This document shows positions 1 to 6,749 of a stretch of DNA of 7,559 nt, in pieces. The translations under genes were made by a program, and so were the position numbers. Each line of letters begins with the position of its first letter. Within the stretch, counting starts at the first letter, position 1. Source of the stretch: Andalucia godoyi And28 (lineage: Eukaryota > Protista > Jakobida); NCBI GenBank assembly GCA_009859145.1, contig VRVR01000063.1, positions 60,604 through 68,162 on the forward strand, written 5' to 3'. The notes beneath the pieces were generated by a model. The model was not told the origin of the DNA. It made no database searches and worked only from the letters and a program-made list of their open reading frames with translations.

Positions 1-65
1 GAGTTCTCCGAGCGTTTGCTCGGTTTTTGATCGCGGTCGAGTTCGATCCGATTCGCGCAGGTGCA

Positions 66-3000
66 ATGCAGGAGGATGCGATGCAGCGCGAAGAAGAAGA
101 AGAACAGCGACGGACAGACGGAGCTGCAAAACTGGGAGTTTCATCGAGAAAGAAAGGCCGCGAGGTGAACGGCGCAATTGCTTCCCCGCTTAGTTCGCAG
201 GCGATGCGTGGTCCCAAAGAAGATTCTCGCAGATTTGATAAAGGGGCAGAAGGATGTGCTGCGAGCACCATAGTGTCCCCCTCCCGATACGCTGCACCCC
301 GCCGAACGACATTCCAGGGCCAGCAAGGGGATTCCAGCTCCCCGCAAGTTCCTGTTCACCGTCTGAGTGAGACGGTGGAGACCAACTGCGACGAAGACTA
401 CATTCCTCGTTCAGGCAGCTTTGATAGCGAGAATGCTTTGGCAAAGGCAGAGACGCAGTCCACAGGATCTTCGAATCTCAAAGGCGGGGCATCGGCGCAG
501 ACGGTGTCTGCATGGCGCGCACGCATCAACAGCTCACGATCCACCTCGTTCAGCAGGCTCCGCATTGCCACTGTCGCTGCAATTTGCTGTCTTGCACTGG
601 GCGTCATTGGCTCGTACATTGTGGAGAAGCTGTTGCTGAATTCGTATAAACTTTCCGGCGCTACCGTGGACACGGCGAGTGGCACGCAGCTTGCGGTGAG
701 TGTTACCCAGTACTACATGCGACAGAGCTCTCTGGCATACACAGTGGCAGCCACCCAAAATCCGGCATTGTTCGGACCTACCAAGATTCTGAGCAACCAA
801 CTCATTATGAAGATCTATATCTCTGAGGTGGCGTGGAGGATGTCCAATTTGACCTCCCCAACGAAGTCTGCTTTGGATGCGCAGGCTCTGTCAACGCTTC
901 TCGACGCTCGTTCGTACAGCGCACGGATATTCTCGCCTTCGACAGATACTCTGTACGCAGAGCCTATCGATATTCGTGACTTTGTGGAAAGATACTCCCT
1001 GGCATCTACTCGAGTTGGGGCGATGGCGTCGACCGCATTCAACGGAACGTCAATTTTTGTGGATACGAACTTTCGGTTCATCCAGGACAACTGCGAAAGC
1101 ACCATGTTTGACGCGATGAAGTCTCTCACGATGAAAGTGACAGATTACCTCTTGGCCGAGAATACCGTATTCCAGATCATCCTCATCGTGCAAGTGTCCG
1201 TATCGGTTTTCCTGCCATGCGCGCTCTGCTTGTTCTTGTTCTGGCCATCTCTGAAGCGATTCAAGAAAGAGCGAGACGAGCTCTTCCAGCTGTTCACCAC
1301 AGTCCCGAAAAGCCTTGTGCGAAAGGCGTATGTGAAAGTGGGCGGTCGGGACGCTGCAACGACGGAAGCGGAAGATCTTGGCTTCGGTGACGACGCGGAA
1401 AACTCAATGAGCGACAGTGCTTCGAGCGCTCGACTGACCTACAAGAAGGATCCTTCGCGGCGGTTGGCCACGTTGTTCATCGTCACGAGTGTGATCCTGC
1501 TGGTAATGATGTGCATGTTTGCCGTGCAAGGTTTCTTGTATGTGAGGTTGTTTGCATACCGAGCCAACAATGTCATCTATTCCGGTGCCGTCCGTAATGA
1601 AGCAGCATATATCCGCGCACTGTCGCTGGAATTGATTGTGAATGACCTGAGGAGCTGGCCGGGAGGCAGAGCTGAAATCCGCCAACGGCTGACAGAAGGG
1701 CTTTCTAACATGGTGCGCGACGATTTGGCGGTACGAAAAGGCTCAAGCTCGTTGGGCACGTCTGGATCCGACGGCGTCGATTCGCGACTCGACAACCTCT
1801 ACTACCAACCAAAGTGCAATGACTCGACGAAGTTCACGTGCTGGTCATGCACCCAGCAGCTTAGTGTGTTTGCAGACAACGTTCGAGACTGGATTGCGAC
1901 GCCAGACGCAAATCTGAAGTACTCGTCCACTGCGCTGGCCAACATCATGTCGTACGGATCGAGTCTTTCCACCGGCTGCACTGCGACCGCGATCACGTAT
2001 TACCAAGATCAGCATGACTCTGAAGTTTCTACGATGAGCACGCTGTCGGATGTGGTGTTTGGCTGCTCGGTGCCCATTGTTCTTTTCATGCTGATTCTTC
2101 TGCTCATCGCGCTGCAGGAACTCGATGCAGACACCAGACGCACGCGAATGATGTACCTGCAGCTGCCAGTGTCGTTCATCGAGTCCAATGACTTGATCCT
2201 CTCTGTCGTCCTCACTGCCGAGCAGACGATGAAGGACGACTCGTTGACCGATGCTGAAAACGGCGGCGTCCAAGAGGATCTGAAAAAGGCGTCACGTGGA
2301 GAGCTGGTGCTGCGAGTCGTGGAGAGCGAGGGCCGGCTCCAACGCGTCATCGAATCTTCGAGCGACGGCATCATCGAGCTCACAAGCGATCTTTCGAATC
2401 CTCGGATCGACAGCTTCAACTCGGTAATGTGCACAATGCTGAATGCCCGCAACTCTGCGGTGATTGCAGGCCGCAACATCCTGGAGTTCTTCCCGAAGGC
2501 CGAGGATGCAGAGGCTGTGAGGGCCGCACTGAAGTTGGTGACCCAAAACACGTCCATTCCCAAGAAGCGGGTCGATGCTTCCATGCTTCGAGCGGACGGC
2601 ACCCAGTTCTTTGCACGCATCGAAGTCGCTGTCACGGCGCGCGGGTTCCTGTTCTTTGTGCGCGACGTCACAGAGGACGTGAGGAAAGAAGAGCTGCTGT
2701 GTCTGGAGAAGGGACGATCCGACGAGCTCCTGCGGAATGTGCTGCCGGAACGAATTGCAAGACGACTGCAGAACGGAGAAACGCTGATCGCAGACTACAC
2801 GGAGAGCTGCTCGCTGTTCTTCTCGGATCTGTGCAACTTCACCGAGCTCGCTTCGCGCATGACTCCCAAGCAGCTGGTGACCATGCTCAACACGCTGGTG
2901 TCGTGCATGGACCGGCTTGCCAAGCACTACGGAATCGAGAAGATCAAGACGATTGGCGATGCGTACTTTGCCGTGTGTGGAGTTCCCGATGCAACGCACG

Positions 3001-3443
3001 ACCACGCGGAGCGTCTGGTGGAGTTCTCTCTTGCTGTTGTGGAGCTGATGCGGCGACTGAATGCCGACGGGCGACTGATCCCTGGAGAGGAAGTGCGGCT
3101 GCGCATCGGAAACCACACGGGCGCTGTTGTGTGCGGAATCATCGGCGAAACCAAGTTTTCGTTTGACCTGTGGTCGGACAGCGTCAACGTCGCCTCGCGA
3201 ATGGAGTCCTCCGGCGTGCCGGGCTCCGTCCATGTCAGCCGAGCCACCTATGAGGAGCTGTACGACCGGTTCGAGTTCGAGGACCGCGGCAAGATGGACA
3301 TCAAAGGAAAGGGCCAGATGCAGACGTACCTCGTTGGGGCTCGTCGCGTGCCCTCCAGACTTCCGCCCCCCGACTGGTCGCTTGTTCTGAACGGCTCCGC
3401 ATCCTCCAGTGCGGCCCGTCTCAAAGTCCAAACTATCGAATAG
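66..3443 (+). CDS. Membrane-bound PAS-domain class III adenylyl cyclase, intronless
   Basis: Uninterrupted 1138-codon ORF. Catalytic motifs FSDLCNFT, EKIKTIGDAY, RIGNHTGAVVCGIIG, FDLWSDSVNVASRMES and the C-terminal KGKGQMQTY are class III cyclase hallmarks. K974 and D1047 (numbered from nt 27) indicate ATP specificity. The track start at 27 is TTG, the first in-frame ATG is at 66, and the frame is open to the window edge, so the true start is uncertain. Ends TAG TAG. Confidence 0.95.
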   Translation: MQEDAMQREEEEEQRRTDGAAKLGVSSRKKGREVNGAIASPLSSQAMRGPKEDSRRFDKGAEGCAASTIVSPSRYAAPRRTTFQGQQGDSSSPQVPVHRLSETVETNCDEDYIPRSGSFDSENALAKAETQSTGSSNLKGGASAQTVSAWRARINSSRSTSFSRLRIATVAAICCLALGVIGSYIVEKLLLNSYKLSGATVDTASGTQLAVSVTQYYMRQSSLAYTVAATQNPALFGPTKILSNQLIMKIYISEVAWRMSNLTSPTKSALDAQALSTLLDARSYSARIFSPSTDTLYAEPIDIRDFVERYSLASTRVGAMASTAFNGTSIFVDTNFRFIQDNCESTMFDAMKSLTMKVTDYLLAENTVFQIILIVQVSVSVFLPCALCLFLFWPSLKRFKKERDELFQLFTTVPKSLVRKAYVKVGGRDAATTEAEDLGFGDDAENSMSDSASSARLTYKKDPSRRLATLFIVTSVILLVMMCMFAVQGFLYVRLFAYRANNVIYSGAVRNEAAYIRALSLELIVNDLRSWPGGRAEIRQRLTEGLSNMVRDDLAVRKGSSSLGTSGSDGVDSRLDNLYYQPKCNDSTKFTCWSCTQQLSVFADNVRDWIATPDANLKYSSTALANIMSYGSSLSTGCTATAITYYQDQHDSEVSTMSTLSDVVFGCSVPIVLFMLILLLIALQELDADTRRTRMMYLQLPVSFIESNDLILSVVLTAEQTMKDDSLTDAENGGVQEDLKKASRGELVLRVVESEGRLQRVIESSSDGIIELTSDLSNPRIDSFNSVMCTMLNARNSAVIAGRNILEFFPKAEDAEAVRAALKLVTQNTSIPKKRVDASMLRADGTQFFARIEVAVTARGFLFFVRDVTEDVRKEELLCLEKGRSDELLRNVLPERIARRLQNGETLIADYTESCSLFFSDLCNFTELASRMTPKQLVTMLNTLVSCMDRLAKHYGIEKIKTIGDAYFAVCGVPDATHDHAERLVEFSLAVVELMRRLNADGRLIPGEEVRLRIGNHTGAVVCGIIGETKFSFDLWSDSVNVASRMESSGVPGSVHVSRATYEELYDRFEFEDRGKMDIKGKGQMQTYLVGARRVPSRLPPPDWSLVLNGSASSSAARLKVQTIE
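564..2114 (+). other. Membrane region: four predicted TM helices (564-623, 1167-1244, 1464-1544, 2052-2114) enclosing two probable extracytoplasmic domains
   Basis: Hydrophobic runs IATVAAICCLALGVIGSYIV, VFQIILIVQVSVSVFLPCALCLFLFW, LATLFIVTSVILLVMMCMFAVQGFLYV and VVFGCSVPIVLFMLILLLIAL. Topology inferred by eye. Confidence 0.75.
2334..2675 (+). other. PAS domain of the cyclase
   Basis: RLQRVIESSSDGIIEL...FN...GRNILEFFP...MLRADGTQFFARIEV...FLFFVRDVTE matches the PAS/PAC pattern (DGI, FN, G+N, RxDG, RDVTE). Confidence 0.85.
2790..3345 (+). other. Class III nucleotidyl cyclase catalytic domain
   Basis: Metal ligands D934 (2826-2828) and D978 (2958-2960). Substrate residues K974 and D1047. Transition-state residues N1054 and R1058. 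Preceded by EKGRSDELLRNVLPERIARRL, the helix typical of cyclase transducer elements. Confidence 0.95.
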
Positions 3444-3629
3444 TAGCTGTAAATATCAAAAGTTTTGATGCCGACCAGTGTAGGTAGACTGTGTGAACGG
3501 ATATGCGGGAATTTTTCGGTCTGACACACCATTATGGAAATGTTGCGTGGATTTAAAATCGCTTCCACAAACCCATAAGTTTTTCAACTGAAAATGCCTG
3601 TGGATTTAATGAAGAACCATGATGTAAAC

Positions 3630-4346
3630 CTATTCTAGATTTGAAGAAGAACTCGTCTTTGCGTCTCGATTTTTTTCAGCTTCTGTCCTCCCCGTGCTTG
3701 TTCCATTCGCAACACCCTTCAGACCACTGATTGCACTAAACATACAATCCCTGTCATTCTCACTTTGGCCTACTACGCCCCTGTTCTTCTTCTTGTTGTC
3801 AAATGCATAACCTTCCCAAGCTGTGCTCGATTCTCTCTTTCCTCCTCGCTTTGATTTCTTTGACTTCGCTACGGAGGACGGCGATATGACTGTAAGTTCG
3901 CTTGCGATTTCTGGTTCATTTGATTCAGAATAGCAACGAACACGAATCCTGAATTTTGAAGGCTTGCCGCGGTGGACAAAGGAACACTTGGATATTGAAA
4001 ACGGGCCAATTTTACCTTCAACAAGTGCAGTTTGTTCACCCAGGAATTTGGAGTGGAGACAGAACGGGTCATGTTTTTGAAAGGAAAGTCCACTGGCGCC
4101 GACGGATCTGTCTATTTCGGAAGTGAGAGACGCAGCGGCGAACCATGGATGGAAGCTGCTCTGGACACGGAAAGAAATCTTGAGGGAATAAACAGACGTT
4201 TTGTACCATTCGTCGTCATTAATGGGAGCGTGATCCAAAGCGGTGGTACTGGATGAGGGACTGCTGATGAGAGAGAAGCTTGGGTCAAAGACGGAGGGGT
4301 CCAGAAGCTGGAAGATGGGACCAATCATGCTGCTGAAGTTGCGGTT
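3630..4346 (-). CDS. Terminal exon of the minus-strand gene (Ser-rich linker, beta-rich domain, basic KSKKSKRGGKR tail)
   Basis: Long open frame with protein-like composition. It ends in TAG, convergent with the cyclase across a 186-nt AT-rich gap. The frame stays open upstream of the track Met at 4328, past a CAG acceptor at 4347. Confidence 0.75.
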   Translation of the reverse strand, partial: NRNFSSMIGPIFQLLDPSVFDPSFSLISSPSSSTTALDHAPINDDEWYKTSVYSLKISFRVQSSFHPWFAAASLTSEIDRSVGASGLSFQKHDPFCLHSKFLGEQTALVEGKIGPFSISKCSFVHRGKPSKFRIRVRCYSESNEPEIASELTVISPSSVAKSKKSKRGGKRESSTAWEGYAFDNKKKNRGVVGQSENDRDCMFSAISGLKGVANGTSTGRTEAEKNRDAKTSSSSNLE

Positions 4347-5381
4347 CTGTATGTCACAATCAGTACGCGGGCAGATGAGGTCCGCATGAGACTTGTGGAT
4401 AGAGGCGGTGGAATTCGTGCGGGAGGTCCAGGAATGCTACGGAATACGTCCTGTACGTGTCTGAATGGAAAGATGAGAAAGATGCGCGGAAGATGCGGCA
4501 GACATCACCCATTCCGCTGTTGACGATGCAGTCGATCGGACCTCGGCATGGCTTGACAAAGGTAATCAGACTGATCTTTCAACATTTACGCTTGAAATTA
4601 CTAGCGTGGGGTCTCGAATCTCTAGCAGACATTCTTTTCCGGCTTTTCGGATGCGACCCATATCTGTTGGTAAAAGCCGAAAATCGCGCTGTCCAACTTG
4701 CGAGATCCTCCTAAGCGGAGCCTCCTGGCACTTCACCACATTCGATTCTGCAGTAGAAATGCGCGGCGTTACTAACACATGCTCGGCACCGTCAAAGGGC
4801 GCAAACGAACAAAAAGGCTCCGAAGATACACTGAAGGTTGACAGCCCAGGCACCGTCCGCCGCGAAAACGACAGCTGGAAGACGGTATCGGCCATGGAGA
4901 AACCGGTCCACAATTTGAAATCATTTCTTCGCACATACAGGGGTGCTTCGCTAACATTCTCGTCAGAAATCCTGTTATCATCCCACTTATAAAAAGTTGG
5001 CGGAAACGCTGAAACGGAAAATCAGAAACTGTAAATTAATGGGACTTGATTTGTTTTTGCACAACAGACTGGGATCAAGACCAAATCAGCAGCAAGGATT
5101 GAAAGCTGGGGCAAATCTCTTTTTGTGCACAGAAATGTGCTCGTACAGCTTCTTTGACTCTGCTCTGACAGCCTCAGATTTGTGGAGAACGTGGCGACGA
5201 GTGGTTCACAGTAATTTATGCATGAGAACAGGCCCTTGCAATGGTTTCGGACAAACAGCCACGGAAGTTGCCAAAAATGCCCACGAAGTTGTCGCTGCGC
5301 ACTCTTTGTCTGTCCTCCAGCGGACGAATGCATCCATCCTGGTAATTCGCTTTGCTCCTGCGCATCACTTTTGACAGCCAT
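3630..5381 (-). CDS. Uncharacterised protein, tentative 4-exon model (5381-5063, 5008-4590, 4551-4393, 4346-3630; 537 aa); C-terminal region possibly a DNA-binding domain
   Basis: Track ORFs 5022-5381, 4566-4934 and 3630-4328 are all in the same minus frame. Three GT..AG introns with matching branch-like ends join them in phase (319+419+159+717 = 1614 nt). The last exon is the best supported. Upstream exon boundaries and two donors (GTGCAA, GTCTCA) are weak. Confidence 0.5.
4347..4392 (-). other. Putative spliceosomal intron C (46 nt; alternative in-phase donor GTAGCA at 4440)
   Basis: Ends CTGATT-gtgacataCAG. Removing it restores the terminal-exon frame (RLYPQ|NRNFSSMIG). The GTCTCA donor is weak. 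Confidence 0.4.
4552..4589 (-). other. Putative spliceosomal intron B (38 nt)
   Basis: GTAAAT donor; ends CTGATT-acctttgtcAAG. Removing it joins LVISS to an open frame PCRGPIDCIVNSG. Confidence 0.5.
5009..5062 (-). other. Putative spliceosomal intron A (54 nt; donor could instead be 5065, 57 nt)
   Basis: Ends CTGATT-ttccgtttCAG. Length is 3n and it contains the in-frame TGA at 5022-5024. The donor is uncertain. Confidence 0.45.
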
Positions 5382-5773
5382 CTCGGATCATTCCCAACTT
5401 TCTCGAAAGACTTCTTGTTTGTATTTTTGCGCATACATTCTCTTGCATTATGTACTAAAGTGCGTCGAATGAGCCGTTTTGCTGATCATCCATGGTTGTT
5501 GCAATCGCGTACGAGAAGATGCTGGCGATCTGCTGCGCTTGATTCCAGCAAACAGATGATTTTTAATTAATGTCTTTTATTATCCTTTATGATGTATTCG
5601 AGAGTTCTTTTGTGGAGTACTTTTACAAGCTGCTTTCATGTGAATATTCCAGTTGCATAATCATTCCTCGATATTTCATTTCAACGATTTTCCGTTTGAA
5701 CAAGATATCTCGTAGTCCTTTCCGAAGAACACTGTTCCTGCGTCGTCCACACCTTGTTGGCCGAATTTCTCTT
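5382..5773. promoter_or_regulatory. Probable bidirectional promoter/5' UTR region between the divergent minus-strand gene and the Myb gene
   Basis: Lies between two head-to-head start codons and contains a very AT-rich core (gatttttaattaatgtcttttattatcctttat, about 5558-5590). No specific element identified. Confidence 0.35.
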
Positions 5774-6571
5774 ATGAATCTTCCCATGAATACTCGGTCT
5801 TATTTCCACATTCACCATCCAAACGGAGGCGTTGTTAAGGCATCTAGACAGGAGCACCGAAAGCAGCGTACATCGCTGCCAGCAACGCACAAAATTCCGT
5901 GGAACCACAATGAAACCAAACAGTTGCGTAGAGGGATTGAATTGTTCGGATCTGGGAAATGGAGTGCTATTTCGAAGTTAATTTCAACTCGGACTCCGCT
6001 GCAAGTGAAGAACTTTGCGCGTCACCACTGTGAAAAGATCTATTGCATGCGACGAAAGCACTCGTGGCCTCGCAGTGAGCCAGTCTTTGTTTCCGAAAGT
6101 TTGAGTGACATCCTGAATCAATCTTTAGACTGTCTGGGTTCTGTCGTTTCTCACAGTTCTTCCAGTGCAGTAATGGCACACGCTCCTGATTGTGAGCATC
6201 CAGTCGACGTTTTTAGGTCGTCGATGACTTCGTCGATCGGATCCAGTATGTCATCTGTTCAAGACAATATCGAACCCCTCGACTACCTGCCTTTCAATCG
6301 GAATTCGTTCAGTTGTTGTCGCGAAGCATACGAAGATGTTTTTAAGCCCTTCGTACACTCCCGAAATCCTCCCACCGCTGCAGTCGATCACGGTGAAACA
6401 CGCAAAGTGGCAAGTCCCTCGACTTCAACAGTATCCTCGTGTTACTTCTCCGGTTGCCTCCTTCAAAATAGCAGCACGTATCTGTCCGACCCGCTTTTTT
6501 GTTTGTCGGGCTGCAAAAAGCCCTTTCTTGAGTTGGATATTTCCTCTCTTTGCTCCGATATATCAGATTAG
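5774..6571 (+). CDS. Single-repeat Myb/SANT-domain protein, probable transcription or chromatin regulator
   Basis: WNHNETKQLRRGIELFGSGKWSAISKLISTRTPLQVKNFARHH at about 5900-6028 has W-x19-W-x18-A spacing, followed by a Ser-rich tail. Start placed at ATG 5774 (or 5786); an in-frame ATG at 5570 is possible. Confidence 0.85.
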   Translation: MNLPMNTRSYFHIHHPNGGVVKASRQEHRKQRTSLPATHKIPWNHNETKQLRRGIELFGSGKWSAISKLISTRTPLQVKNFARHHCEKIYCMRRKHSWPRSEPVFVSESLSDILNQSLDCLGSVVSHSSSSAVMAHAPDCEHPVDVFRSSMTSSIGSSMSSVQDNIEPLDYLPFNRNSFSCCREAYEDVFKPFVHSRNPPTAAVDHGETRKVASPSTSTVSSCYFSGCLLQNSSTYLSDPLFCLSGCKKPFLELDISSLCSDISD

Positions 6572-6749
6572 CTCCTGTTTTGTCACTCCGGGAGCTGCTT
6601 CTCACATTTTACTATTCGCTGTTGCGGTCGCATATCATTTTCTTCTTTTTGTTTCTGTCGCAACATATCGGTTTTACAATGAATTTTTATTGATTTTTTC
6701 AACAATATATTCTCGAAAATAGTCGCATTCCCTGAAGATAAAAAAGGAA

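Noticed and set aside
2429-3166. 245-aa alternative-frame ORF within the cyclase
   Set aside because: Arg/Gly/Ala-rich off-frame translation typical of high GC3 sequence.
2292-3431. 379-aa antisense ORF, and 2009-2671, opposite the cyclase
   Set aside because: Antisense shadow ORFs over a GC-rich CDS (2292-3431 is codon-aligned with the cyclase); no recognisable motifs.
4606-4992. Plus-strand 128-aa ORF with a CPTC (CxxC) motif, plus TACTAAC (4770-4776) and a 24-nt GT..CTAAC..CAG (4943-4966)
   Set aside because: It overlaps the better-supported minus-strand frame and has no linked plus-strand exons. Not fully excluded without stranded RNA data.
4997-5472. Other ORFs and protein-like frames over 5000-5470 (4997-5374 +, 5216-5434 -, 5218-5472 +, and a third minus frame MDAFVRWRTDKE...)
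   Set aside because: No motifs, and I could not join them cleanly to the downstream exon. The 5381 frame was preferred, but exon 1 remains uncertain.
6570-6596. AGCTCC/GGAGCT hairpin at the Myb stop codon
   Set aside because: A 6-bp stem with a 15-nt loop is expected by chance; not a meaningful terminator in a eukaryotic context.
6336-6722. 128-aa plus ORF with a hydrophobic end
   Set aside because: Off-frame overlap with the Myb gene; the hydrophobicity comes from the T-rich 3' UTR.
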